In this document: piece by piece, positions 28,378 to 37,558 of the stretch
Position numbering within the stretch: the stretch's first letter is position 1
How the letters are laid out: each line of letters begins with the position of its first letter
Source of the DNA: a virus
Lineage: Duplodnaviria; Caudoviricetes
IMG/VR virus record: IMGVR_UViG_3300031227_000044
Span: 1-58,951 of that record
DNA length: 58,951 nucleotides
Reading direction: 5' to 3' (one strand)
Made by a program: the position numbers and the translations under genes
The notes under the pieces: generated by a model
The model's database searches: none
What the model was told of the DNA's origin: nothing
What the model saw: only the letters and a program-made list of their open reading frames with translations

Positions 28378-28599
28378 ATGGAATCTTTCAAATTCTACGT
28401 TGTCCGGACTGCCTTTCATGGTGGCGGGATTGTTTCCAAACACAAGACCATTGAGCGGGCACGTCAAGCGCTCTCGATTGCCCGAACGGGTGATTGCACT
28501 TGCGGGTGTGCTGGTGTGGTGGCGGTCGAAGACTATCACCGGATCAGCAGCAACCCGGACACGTGCCGACCGTCCGACCTTTTACGCACGGAGCGTTAA
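28378..28599 (+). CDS. Hypothetical early protein with CxCxC motif
   Basis: GGAGG RBS; AFHGGG...DCTCGC. Confidence 0.65.
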   Translation: MESFKFYVVRTAFHGGGIVSKHKTIERARQALSIARTGDCTCGCAGVVAVEDYHRISSNPDTCRPSDLLRTER

Positions 28600-28600
28600 C

Positions 28601-28888
28601 ATGAAAATTAATCGCTTTACCAGATCCCTCCAGCACCCTTTCCGGCGTCTTTGCCGTTGGGCCGGGGCCGTCGAAGAGGCACGGCAACTGCGGGAGCGGT
28701 GCCACCTGGCACGGCAGGGAATCATCCGGGGCGACTGTGCCAGCTCGTGCCCCGACAAGGTGGAAGGCTTGAACGCGGCACCCGGGGCGACTCTGGATGT
28801 AGCCGTGGGCGCTTGCCGGATCTTTTACCCGGCCTGCCCGACCCTGGCGCTTATAGAACAACTCGATACTCGGCACGATTGGGAATAA
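28601..28888 (+). CDS. Hypothetical Cys-containing early protein
   Basis: GGAG RBS; starts right after the previous stop. Confidence 0.5.
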   Translation: MKINRFTRSLQHPFRRLCRWAGAVEEARQLRERCHLARQGIIRGDCASSCPDKVEGLNAAPGATLDVAVGACRIFYPACPTLALIEQLDTRHDWE

Positions 28889-28894
28889 AAACAC

Positions 28895-28923
28895 TTGACA
28901 ACCAGCAAGGGACCTAGTACACT
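28895..28923 (+). promoter_or_regulatory. Early promoter P2
   Basis: TTGACA-N17-TACACT. Confidence 0.75.
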
Positions 28924-28952
28924 AGTGACCAACATCAAGAGAGGATTCAAAT

Positions 28953-31049
28953 ATGAACGAAAACCCGTACATTGCAAGCGCGACCTATTCGCCCGAAGAT
29001 AACAAGCTCCGGATTTGCATGTTCTCTGATGACCGCTTGGAAAAGGATCTTTACGACCGGGTGAGGAAGGTTGGTTATCGTTGGGCCCCGCGTCAAAAGA
29101 TTTTCATTTGCCCCGCTTGGAATCCTGCGGCCGAGGATCTGGCCCTGGAATTTGCCGGGGAGATCGACGACGAAAACAGCACGATGGAGGAGAGAGCGGC
29201 CGAGCGGGCCGAGCGGTTCGAGCAGTACAGCGAGAAGCGGCAAGCAGATGGAGACCGGGACAGCGCCAACGCGGACCAAATAGCGCAACGATTCGCCGGG
29301 GGGCAGCCGATCCTAGTGGGCCACCACTCCGAGAAGAAAGCCCGCAAGGACGCGGAGCGCATTGATACCAGTATGCACCGGGCCTTGAAGATGTGGGAAA
29401 CGTCCGAATATTGGAAGCAACGCGCGGCCGGAGCCCTTCACAATGCAGAGTATAAGCAACTCCCCGGCGTCCGGGCCCGACGTATCAAGAAACTGGCCGC
29501 AAGCCTGCGGAAGAGCAAGAAATACCTGGACAAATCCGAAGCAGGATTGAAGGCGTGGACCGCCGACAATCTCACTCCTGAACGGGTAGCCTTTCTGATC
29601 GGCCATGATTCCCTCGTGTCCATGGAGCTATACCTTGCCCATCGGGACGGCAAGGTGACCGACGAGGAGGCGAAGGGGCGAAGGGTACGAGGTGCCCGGG
29701 TGGCAATCGCCTATTATCTCCGATGGATTCGGCACTATGAGCACCGACTCACCTATGAACGCGCCCTCATGGCCGAAGATGGCGGGATGAAGGCCGAAGG
29801 GATCGACATCAAGCCAGGCGGGAAGGTCTGTTACCTGGGCGAATGGCTCACGGTCATCAGGACAAATCGCCGAGACGGTGAACTCGTCAGCGTGACAACC
29901 ACCAGCCCGGCCGGCATGACCTACCGGAGCACCTACCCGGTCCCGGCCGAAGCCATCACGGACTATACCGCCCCGACCGACGACGACGCCAAGAAGATCA
30001 GGAAGGCCAAAGCGAGGCCCCCGATTTGCAACTACCCAAAAGAGGGGACATATCCGGTCAAGTGGGAGGCATGGCAAGCAGAGCACACGGACTATCGAGG
30101 GATGCGGGTAGTTGAGGCCACGACCGAACACGGAGCGCACCGGGTCCGGACTATGCTGGGCTCCCATATCGGCCTGCATGGAGACATGAACAAGCGCCAC
30201 AGCTACCATTCCGTTTTCATCACCGACAAGCCCGAGAAGCAGCCCCCGGCCCCTCCGGAGCAACCCGAGGAACAAGAGACGCTTTCAAGCATGAAGGCAG
30301 ACCACGAACTGGCCGCACGGGTGGCACAGGGAGCACCGAAGCGGAGAGAGTACAAGCCCAGCCCCACCCGTGAGAAGATCAACCAGGCCCGGGACACCAT
30401 CAAGGCAGGGATCAAGGTTGTGAGCGCCCCGACCCTTTACCCAACGCCCAAGGAGATAGCCCGGCGTATGGTCGAAATGGCCGGGGGTGTCTGCATCGCT
30501 GGACACCGAGTCCTTGAGCCTAGCGCCGGAACCGGAAACTTGATCAAGGCAGCGGTAAACACTGCAACGGGTTTTGATTGCGTCCGGGTAGTTGCGGTCG
30601 AAATCAACCACGACTTGGCCGGGGCCCTGCGGGGCATGCGCAGCAAGTTTCTTTATGGCACCGAGAGCAACTTTGAAATTCACCAGGGCGACTTCTTAGA
30701 TATGACCCCGAAGGACTTGGGAGACTTCAACACAATCATAATGAATCCGCCTTTCAACAAGGGCGCGGACATCAAGCACATCGAACACGCAACGAGTTTT
30801 CTCAAGCCTGGCGGAACGCTGGTGGCCCTGTGTGCCAACGGACCCCGGCAGCGGTCGGCATTCATGGACAAGGCCGAGCATTGGGAAGACCTCCCGGAAG
30901 GGTCATTCAAAGAAGCAGGGACGGGCGTAAACGTGGCCCTGATGGTGCTGCGGGGAGAGCAGAAGACCGAGCAGCCCGAGGCCAGAGAAGAAAAGAAAGG
31001 GGCACCGGCTCCAAACCCCAAGGCAATCCAGCAACTTGGGCTATTTTAG
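28953..31049 (+). CDS. DUF3560 domain fused to N6-adenine-type methyltransferase
   Basis: RAERF...GQPILVGHHSEK (DUF3560); YPTP, LEPSAGTG, MNPPF, F..AGT.V (MTase). Confidence 0.9.
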   Translation: MNENPYIASATYSPEDNKLRICMFSDDRLEKDLYDRVRKVGYRWAPRQKIFICPAWNPAAEDLALEFAGEIDDENSTMEERAAERAERFEQYSEKRQADGDRDSANADQIAQRFAGGQPILVGHHSEKKARKDAERIDTSMHRALKMWETSEYWKQRAAGALHNAEYKQLPGVRARRIKKLAASLRKSKKYLDKSEAGLKAWTADNLTPERVAFLIGHDSLVSMELYLAHRDGKVTDEEAKGRRVRGARVAIAYYLRWIRHYEHRLTYERALMAEDGGMKAEGIDIKPGGKVCYLGEWLTVIRTNRRDGELVSVTTTSPAGMTYRSTYPVPAEAITDYTAPTDDDAKKIRKAKARPPICNYPKEGTYPVKWEAWQAEHTDYRGMRVVEATTEHGAHRVRTMLGSHIGLHGDMNKRHSYHSVFITDKPEKQPPAPPEQPEEQETLSSMKADHELAARVAQGAPKRREYKPSPTREKINQARDTIKAGIKVVSAPTLYPTPKEIARRMVEMAGGVCIAGHRVLEPSAGTGNLIKAAVNTATGFDCVRVVAVEINHDLAGALRGMRSKFLYGTESNFEIHQGDFLDMTPKDLGDFNTIIMNPPFNKGADIKHIEHATSFLKPGGTLVALCANGPRQRSAFMDKAEHWEDLPEGSFKEAGTGVNVALMVLRGEQKTEQPEAREEKKGAPAPNPKAIQQLGLF

Positions 31050-31082
31050 GCGACTGAACACCAACCGCGAAAGGGTAGGGAC

Positions 31083-31283
31083 ATGAAGCGAAAAGGCAAG
31101 CATCCATGCGGCGTTTTCTTCCAACTCTTCCGGCTCCACTGCTACCACAGGGTGGCGGGTTCGGATCGCGAGGAGAAGGGACGCTGCAAGGTGGGTGGCG
31201 TGGTGGTCTGGACCGAAAGATGCTGCCGGTGCGGGAAAGAAAGAACGAAGACCTGGGACACGGAGATCATGGGAGATGCGTAG
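31083..31283 (+). CDS. Small Cys/His-rich protein
   Basis: HPCG...LHCYH...CCRCGK. Confidence 0.5.
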   Translation: MKRKGKHPCGVFFQLFRLHCYHRVAGSDREEKGRCKVGGVVVWTERCCRCGKERTKTWDTEIMGDA

Positions 31284-31314
31284 AAACCAGTAGCCTTTGG
31301 GGAGGAAAGAAGCG

Positions 31315-31542
31315 ATGACAACCAAGGCCAACGACATTCAGAAAGACCACCCGGAGCTTCGGGCCGGGGAAGTGTGGCTTAAGAACCACGATACCGACAA
31401 AGACAAACACTTCGGGGACGGCTACTCAACCCTGCGTGTAGGGCGGGTGGCCATGGATATGCACGGAGCTGCGGTCCCGGGGTACGTGCCTGTGTTCGTT
31501 TCACGGGAGGAGTTCGACGAGCACAAGAAGCGGGCCCTGTAA
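31315..31542 (+). CDS. Hypothetical protein
   Basis: GGAGG RBS; HPELRAGEVWL...PVFV. Confidence 0.65.
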   Translation: MTTKANDIQKDHPELRAGEVWLKNHDTDKDKHFGDGYSTLRVGRVAMDMHGAAVPGYVPVFVSREEFDEHKKRAL

Positions 31543-31609
31543 CTAGCCTTTGCCGGTGCGGTCCACTGGGCCGCGCCGAGAGAGACTACCACCACGGGAG
31601 GGTTAAATC

Positions 31610-31891
31610 ATGAAGAGTCTGGTCAAGGTGTCTTTTTGGTGCCGAACAAACAGAGACCGTGAGGATGATGCTTCGGACGCGGGGAGCATCACGGTTCCCC
31701 AGGCCCACGCCGCCCGCATTGCCCGCGAGATCGACGCCACGGGCAGCTATAGGCCCACCCCGAAGGCCGATCCGGTCCAGGCAAAGAACCAGTTCGGGAA
31801 CCCGGCCGCGACCTTTCACGGAACCGTTGCGGACTACCCGTCCGGAAGGGTTTTGACCTTTTCGGGACACGACACGCCAGGGGAGGATTAG
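31610..31891 (+). CDS. Hypothetical protein
   Basis: GGAGG RBS. Confidence 0.6.
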   Translation: MKSLVKVSFWCRTNRDREDDASDAGSITVPQAHAARIAREIDATGSYRPTPKADPVQAKNQFGNPAATFHGTVADYPSGRVLTFSGHDTPGED

Positions 31892-31894
31892 ACC

Positions 31895-32104
31895 ATGATC
31901 GCCAAGGCTTACGGCGCACCATACAGCCACGAAGGGGAAGTGATCGGCAGCCCGACCACCCGCAGGGAAGCCCGGGACCTGGCCGAGCAGAACCTGACCA
32001 CCCGCGACCAGCGAGTGCGGGTTTTCTGGAACCTGACAGATCCCGCAACCGTTTGGTTCTTCCAATTGGACGACGACGGGGACGTTGACGAGATCGAAAC
32101 CTAA
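31895..32104 (+). CDS. Hypothetical protein
   Basis: GGAGG RBS. Confidence 0.6.
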   Translation: MIAKAYGAPYSHEGEVIGSPTTRREARDLAEQNLTTRDQRVRVFWNLTDPATVWFFQLDDDGDVDEIET

Positions 32105-32120
32105 CCAGGAGGGAAGCAAG

Positions 32121-32405
32121 ATGACTGAGGCAGTGGGACCGAACAAGCTTTTAGGCATATGCCATCCGGGGTGCGAAAAGTGTAAACATCAGAAATGGCT
32201 AAAAAATTGCGTCGGGCCGTCGATAGATCCATTGTGTTATCACCCCCAAGGAAAAAGCCCATCATGGAGTACTTTTTATGGCCGATTGCCTGACGAATAT
32301 CCCAAAATAGAGAATGTCAACGGGCACGGACAGTGCACCCTTTTTGAGCCTAATTGGTGGCAGCGTGTTTTGATTAAATTCAGACCGAATAAGAGGGAAG
32401 AATGA
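32121..32405 (+). CDS. Small CxxC...C...C protein
   Basis: CEKCKH...CYHP...CTLFEP; GGAGG RBS. Confidence 0.6.
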   Translation: MTEAVGPNKLLGICHPGCEKCKHQKWLKNCVGPSIDPLCYHPQGKSPSWSTFYGRLPDEYPKIENVNGHGQCTLFEPNWWQRVLIKFRPNKREE

Positions 32406-32581
32406 GATTCACCGCACCCGTCCGGGAGGAGTTGATCCAGGCCAGGCTGAACTTTGCCGAGCAGGCAGACGCGGAGGCCCACGACCTTGACCGGGGCCCT
32501 AACGTGTACGCCGTTGACCGGTTGGCCAAGTTGAACGAGAAGATCGCAGCCCTGGACCTGATACTTTCCCAGGGATTTTAG
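32402..32581 (+). CDS. Hypothetical 59-aa protein
   Basis: ATGA overlap with previous stop; reads MRFTAPVREEL...SQGF; not in ORF track. Confidence 0.55.
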   Translation: MRFTAPVREELIQARLNFAEQADAEAHDLDRGPNVYAVDRLAKLNEKIAALDLILSQGF

Positions 32582-32591
32582 GAGGGACACC

Positions 32592-32780
32592 ATGATTAAG
32601 TGTGCACAAGACCTGGACCCCGGCGACGTTCTGTTGATCGACGGAAAGTTACGCCGAATCACAAGGATCAGCCGATTAGTGCGGGGCGTTACCATCCCGG
32701 ATCGGATCACCCTTTCCTTTGCCAGTGGATTCGACATCATCTCGACAGCATACAGAAAATTCGAAGTCAAGGAGGACTAG
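32592..32780 (+). CDS. Small beta-barrel-like hypothetical protein
   Basis: AQDLDPGDVLL motif; GGAGG RBS. Confidence 0.6.
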   Translation: MIKCAQDLDPGDVLLIDGKLRRITRISRLVRGVTIPDRITLSFASGFDIISTAYRKFEVKED

Positions 32781-32782
32781 CC

Positions 32783-33148
32783 ATGGGAAACTCTCGACCC
32801 CTTTTTCTTCTCGCCTGTGTAGTCGCCTGCTTTTCCTACATGATGCTCATCCAGATGACCCACCAGGACGACGAGGATTTGATTTGCGCGGCTGTCGTGA
32901 CCGACCACCACCCAACGGACACCTGGCCCCTTGTGTTCGAGGTGCGCGTGACCTCGGGCCGTTTCAGGGCGGGGGACGACATCTTGATCGAGGGAGTTGA
33001 GGCCACCATCGAGGAGCGCTGGACTCCCAATGGGGACACGGGGACCGAGATTTGGCGGTTAACTGGCGGTGACACCATCTGTCCCTTCCCCAGTGAGCCG
33101 ATCCCGGACTGGACAAGAGCATCCATAACCCTGGACACGGAGGACTGA
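32783..33148 (+). CDS. Hypothetical protein with N-terminal signal/TM segment
   Basis: LFLLACVVACFSYMMLI; GGAGG RBS. Confidence 0.6.
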   Translation: MGNSRPLFLLACVVACFSYMMLIQMTHQDDEDLICAAVVTDHHPTDTWPLVFEVRVTSGRFRAGDDILIEGVEATIEERWTPNGDTGTEIWRLTGGDTICPFPSEPIPDWTRASITLDTED

Positions 33149-33369
33149 TGGAACCACCGAGAAGCCTTTTGATTTGCCACGAGTGCAAAAGCCCAGAGAA
33201 TCTAAAGGCTTATTCCCGTGACTGCACCGTGAACGTCATCTTGGGGACGATGATCGGGGAGATGCGGATTTTCTGCCCGTACTGCAACCACGAGACCATC
33301 ATCGTGGACGGCGAGATCGCGTCCTGTCATTACAGCTACTCCACGCCATTCTATGCAAAAGGAAAATGA
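33148..33369 (+). CDS. Zinc-ribbon protein
   Basis: CHEC...CPYC. Confidence 0.55.
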   Translation: MEPPRSLLICHECKSPENLKAYSRDCTVNVILGTMIGEMRIFCPYCNHETIIVDGEIASCHYSYSTPFYAKGK

Positions 33370-33486
33370 ACGTGCTACCATACCGGCCTGCTACCCACCC
33401 CATTCACCGGCCCGGGGGGCTAAACCCCCTAAACCATTCCCCTGGGTCGGTGTCCTACCTTTTCCCGGGACACGTAAAAAGAAAGC

Positions 33487-33515
33487 TTGACAACCTAGAC
33501 TATCCGCGCTACGTT
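33487..33515 (+). promoter_or_regulatory. Early promoter P3
   Basis: TTGACA-N17-TACGTT; shares CTTGACAACCTAG with P1. Confidence 0.6.
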
Positions 33516-34000
33516 CTTGGCAGCAGCAAACAAGGGACCACGCAACCCATGGACATGCTCAGAAGACAAAACATGGAAATCCACGACGCTTTGAGCGGTT
33601 CCATATGCTGGTTTAATGACCCGACTTACTACAGCACCCCAGCACCCCCCCCAAATCAAAATCTTTTCGCCAAAAAACATTCTGTAACCAAGGGACATTA
33701 CAGCAGAAAAGGGCAAGTTGATTTTTTAAAAATTCCTTATAATTTAGGTCGATTCCTTATAAGTACTTTTTTTACCGTGCTTTTTATCCTGTTATTCCGT
33801 GGACATGGAGCGGTTTTTACTCCGGGAAGAATCGAGTTAAAAGTGTTCCGTTTTGGTCTCCCAGGTCTATATATTATACATATACTACTCCGTCCAACAT
33901 TCAGGACTGCTCTCATAGATCTACTACCCTTCTCGGAACCTACAAGACATACACTGTTTAGTTTAACTAGCTTAAAATCGGCAAAAAGGAAAACTAAATT

Positions 34001-35479
34001 ATGACACCATGCGTTAGTACCATCGTGAACCACGTCCTGGCCAGCTACCCGGTGATCTACGTCGAGACTGACGAACCCTTCCGTGCGGAGCGGGAATTGA
34101 CCGAGCACTTGAAGGCCCAGGAGATCGAGTCCTCGCACTGGGACATTGAAACCGGGCTCAAGGGCGTAGATGGGGTCGCGGAGGGATCGGACAACCCCAC
34201 TGGACCCATGGCCTACCTCACCAAGCGTTCGGCCACTGTGGGGCAGCCTGCGGCCGTCCTTGCCCATAACCTGCACCGGTTCTGGGACGATCCGGAAGTG
34301 TCTCAGGCAATCATCAACGGTTCGCAAATCTGGAAGGGGTCGGAGAAGACCCTGATTCTGATCGGGACCCCGGCGCCGTCAATCCCGGTCGAGTTGTCCA
34401 AGGTCATCCAGCTATTGCCCTTCGACCTCCCGGACGCCGACCAGCGGGAAACGCTTTTGAAGGTGCTGATCGACGAGAACAAGGACAGGATGAAGGAGAG
34501 ACCAACACCGAAACAGATCAAGCAGATCGCGGAAGCGGGGTCCGGTCTTACTCTCGACGAGCTTGAGAGCGCATCCGCCCTGGCGTTTGCCAAGAGCAAG
34601 AAAATCGAGCCTCGGGACGTCATGGCGCAAAAGGCCCAGATGATCCGCAAGAATCCGTGCCTTGAGTATTACCAGCCGGAAGACGATAGGGGCTTGGCAG
34701 CCCTGGCCGGCCTGGAGAACCTGAAGCGGTTCATGCTCGACACGGCGCGGAGTGGGTACGCCCGGGGGGTTTTGCTTCTCGGTGTGCCCGGGACAGGAAA
34801 AAGTGAAACGGCCAAGGGTCTGGGCAGTGAGTTGGGGATCCCGACCATCATCCTGAACATGGGCCGGTTGTTCGGGAGCCTGGTCGGGGAGAGTGAGCAG
34901 CGCACCGAGGCAGCCCTGCGGGTGATCGATGCCGTGTCCCCGTGTGTGCTCATGATCGACGAGATCGAGAAGGCGTTGTCCGGAATGAGCGGCAGCGGAA
35001 AATCTGACTCCGGGGTGAGCAGCCGAGTGTTCGGCACCTTCCTGTCGTGGTTGCAAGATCACGAATCCAACGTGTACGTGATCGCTACCTGCAACGACAT
35101 CATGGCCCTGCCCCCCGAGTTCAGCCGGGCCGAGCGTTGGGATGCCGTGTTCTTTCTCGACTTGCCCAACGAGACGGAGAAGCGGGCCATCTTCGAGATG
35201 TACCGGGACAAATTCAAGTTGCCGGCCAAGACCGAGATGCCGTTGGCCATCGACTACACCGGGGCCGAGATCAGGTCGCTGTGCAGGACCGCCAAGATGC
35301 TGAACATCACGCCGATCCAGGCCACTAAGTACGTGATCCCGATTGCCAAGAGCCGGTCCGAGATGATCGCCGGCTTGAGGAAGTGGGCCGAGCACCGGGC
35401 CGTGCCGGCCACGGACGCCCAGGTGGATGATGTCGTGACCGCAACCCGCAAGATGAAAACCAGGAAGGGGACGAAGTGA
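34001..35479 (+). CDS. Ycf46-like AAA+ ATPase
   Basis: N-terminal inactive AAA-like domain (YPVIYVET.E); GVPGTGKS, SLVGESE, PCVLMIDEIEK, LPPEFSRAERWD. Confidence 0.9.
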   Translation: MTPCVSTIVNHVLASYPVIYVETDEPFRAERELTEHLKAQEIESSHWDIETGLKGVDGVAEGSDNPTGPMAYLTKRSATVGQPAAVLAHNLHRFWDDPEVSQAIINGSQIWKGSEKTLILIGTPAPSIPVELSKVIQLLPFDLPDADQRETLLKVLIDENKDRMKERPTPKQIKQIAEAGSGLTLDELESASALAFAKSKKIEPRDVMAQKAQMIRKNPCLEYYQPEDDRGLAALAGLENLKRFMLDTARSGYARGVLLLGVPGTGKSETAKGLGSELGIPTIILNMGRLFGSLVGESEQRTEAALRVIDAVSPCVLMIDEIEKALSGMSGSGKSDSGVSSRVFGTFLSWLQDHESNVYVIATCNDIMALPPEFSRAERWDAVFFLDLPNETEKRAIFEMYRDKFKLPAKTEMPLAIDYTGAEIRSLCRTAKMLNITPIQATKYVIPIAKSRSEMIAGLRKWAEHRAVPATDAQVDDVVTATRKMKTRKGTK

Positions 35480-36054
35480 TGGAATGCTGCACAGTCGATC
35501 AGATGATGGCGTTCCGCCCATGCGGGTGGGACAAGGACGACGATGGCAAGCACTACACGCCGCAACGTGTTGCAGCCTTGTGGGCGGGGCGTGAGACCCT
35601 GACCGCCATGGACATGCTGGACCTGGACATCCCGGCAGATGATAGGCTGTGGGCTGTGCTACGGCCGGAATTGATCCCGGAAAAGATGCTCCATGAATTG
35701 GCTTGCGATTTCGCCGCCGCAACGCTCTACATCTGGGAAAAGAAATACCCAAATGACAAGCGGCCCCACAACACCATCGCGGTGAAGCGGCTATGGATTC
35801 GCGGTGAGGCAACGGATGATGAGTTGGCCGCCGCACGGGCCGCAGCCGGGGACGCAGCCGGGGCCGCAGCCGGGGACGCAGCCTGGGTCGCAGCCGGGGT
35901 CGCAGCCTGGTTCGCAGCCGGGGTCGCAGCCGGGGCCGCCGCAGGGGCCGCCGCATGGGCCGCATGGGCCGCAGCCGGGGACGACGCACGGGACGCCCAG
36001 GTTGACATGGTGCGCGAGGCGCTGAAACAGGCCGAGAAAGGAAAAGAATCATGA
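35476..36054 (+). CDS. Imm5-like phage protein with Ala-rich repeat
   Basis: LACDFA...DKRP...GEATDDELAAAR followed by AAGD/AAWA repeats. Confidence 0.55.
   Translation: MMECCTVDQMMAFRPCGWDKDDDGKHYTPQRVAALWAGRETLTAMDMLDLDIPADDRLWAVLRPELIPEKMLHELACDFAAATLYIWEKKYPNDKRPHNTIAVKRLWIRGEATDDELAAARAAAGDAAGAAAGDAAWVAAGVAAWFAAGVAAGAAAGAAAWAAWAAAGDDARDAQVDMVREALKQAEKGKES
35842..35985 (+). repeat. Degenerate 12-bp tandem coding repeat (GCAGCCGGGGNC)
   Basis: Visible directly in the sequence; encodes AAGD/AAGA/AAWV units. Confidence 0.8.
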
Positions 36055-36440
36055 GTCACTACACACAAATCACTACGAACATGGTGGACCAGGAGTGCAT
36101 CATCCAGGCCCTGATGGACCAGGGCTTTACCCGTGACCAGATCGAGGTCCACGACCAGCCGGCTGTGCTGCACGGGTATGAGGAGAAGCGCCGGGCCAAC
36201 ATCATCATTCGGAAGCGCCACACCGGGGGGTACGGGGACCTGGGGTTGCTCAAGAACCCCGAGACCGGACGGTACGAGTTGATCGTGGACGACCTCGACC
36301 AGGGGCGCCGGTTCGACAAGGGCAAGCTGCTCGGAAGGTACGCATACCACAAGGCCATCAGGGCGGTGAAGAAGAAGGGGCTCCGGTACCAGGAAGCGCG
36401 TGATGGGAATGGCCGGATTCTTTTGACCGTCGAGATGTAG
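36051..36440 (+). CDS. DUF1257 (Ycf35-like) protein
   Basis: MSHYTQITT...ALMDQGF...DLG...YELIVDD...YAY. Confidence 0.85.
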   Translation: MSHYTQITTNMVDQECIIQALMDQGFTRDQIEVHDQPAVLHGYEEKRRANIIIRKRHTGGYGDLGLLKNPETGRYELIVDDLDQGRRFDKGKLLGRYAYHKAIRAVKKKGLRYQEARDGNGRILLTVEM

Positions 36441-36451
36441 GGAGGCACCGG

Positions 36452-36646
36452 ATGAAAAAGCAAAAGCTCATGATCTTCATTGACGAAACAGCAGACCCCG
36501 TGACCGTTGTGGCGTCCGGGTTCACCGGATACGCGGGACGGACATGCGGTGAGGAGATGGACTTCCTGGTTGACGCCATCGGGGAAAGGGTTCCGCAGCC
36601 CGTTCAGTTTGGGGATCAGCAACCACCGGAGAAAGGTGAAGCATAA
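36452..36646 (+). CDS. DUF2997-like protein, divergent copy
   Basis: IFID...GYAGRTC...AIG. Confidence 0.55.
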   Translation: MKKQKLMIFIDETADPVTVVASGFTGYAGRTCGEEMDFLVDAIGERVPQPVQFGDQQPPEKGEA

Positions 36647-36942
36647 TGGCAACGATCAATTGGAAGGCAAAAGCGCAGAAGGCTGAGAAGCTACTGCACC
36701 AGAGGCGTGAACTGCTTCTACAGGCAAGAGACCTAGCCATAGAAGCGGCAAAATATGGAAACGAATGTTCAGAGGGCCGCTTTGCCGATCTTCCCGCACG
36801 CATGGTCGGGCACAACGTCATTGGCAATGTTGAAGGGATGAAGTTTGTAGCGCACAGGACCAAGACTCAAGCGAGAGAAGGCCGAGATCTGCTGGACGCT
36901 GCACACGACTTCCTGGATAGTTTCAAACGGGGGGGCAAGTGA
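36646..36942 (+). CDS. Hypothetical protein
   Basis: Coupled ORF (TAATG). Confidence 0.6.
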   Translation: MATINWKAKAQKAEKLLHQRRELLLQARDLAIEAAKYGNECSEGRFADLPARMVGHNVIGNVEGMKFVAHRTKTQAREGRDLLDAAHDFLDSFKRGGK

Positions 36943-36943
36943 G

Positions 36944-37144
36944 ATGGCAAAGCAGATGACAATCACGATTGACGACACCACCGGCGAGACATCCGTGGAG
37001 ATGGCCGGGTTCAAGGGACGGTCATGCACGGATGCCAGCCGGTTCATCGAGCAGGCCCTGGGGACCGTGGCCCAGCGGAAGCGCAAGAAGGCGTTCTACG
37101 CGGTGGACAAGCTGGGCGAGAAGAACAAGGAAGTTTGCGGCTAG
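36944..37144 (+). CDS. DUF2997 protein
   Basis: ITID..GE..VE..GFKGRSC..ASRFIEQALG...FY. Confidence 0.85.
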   Translation: MAKQMTITIDDTTGETSVEMAGFKGRSCTDASRFIEQALGTVAQRKRKKAFYAVDKLGEKNKEVCG

Positions 37145-37168
37145 ACCGCACCAAAAGGAGACCACGCC

Positions 37169-37519
37169 ATGACCGTTACGGCAAAGAGGCTCACTGATTT
37201 AAAAGAGCTGTCCAAAGATATGAGTAAAAGGCAAGCGATGATAATTGCGGATCGGCAAGCAGTCCATGGAAGCATGGATGATAAATATTCCTATCAAGAG
37301 CAGGAGGCCGCATGGGCAAAGCTCTTTCTCCTTGCCCACTACGGAGTGCCCGACGCCCAGTGGATGCGGTTGCGCGATACGGCCCAGGCAGCCTTTGACA
37401 AGTTCAAGAGGGTTCCCAAAAACTGGGGCACGCCAGAACTTGCGAACCTTGCCAAGGCCCTGGCCAAGATCATGGAACTATTCAGACGAGTGGAGGAGGA
37501 AAGAGATGTGCATGTATGA
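37169..37519 (+). CDS. Hypothetical protein
   Basis: AGGAG RBS. Confidence 0.6.
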   Translation: MTVTAKRLTDLKELSKDMSKRQAMIIADRQAVHGSMDDKYSYQEQEAAWAKLFLLAHYGVPDAQWMRLRDTAQAAFDKFKRVPKNWGTPELANLAKALAKIMELFRRVEEERDVHV

Positions 37520-37558
37520 GGACAACGCCTATTAACTTTTCAATTAAGGAGAATCGAG

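Noticed and set aside
35842-35985. Tandem repeats as a possible CRISPR array or diversity-generating target
   Set aside because: No spacers, repeats are in-frame coding, and no cas or reverse transcriptase gene is visible
34412-36052. 546-aa minus-strand ORF with RPRL repeats
   Set aside because: Antisense to the AAA+ gene and the Ala-repeat gene; the repeats come from the 12-bp coding repeat
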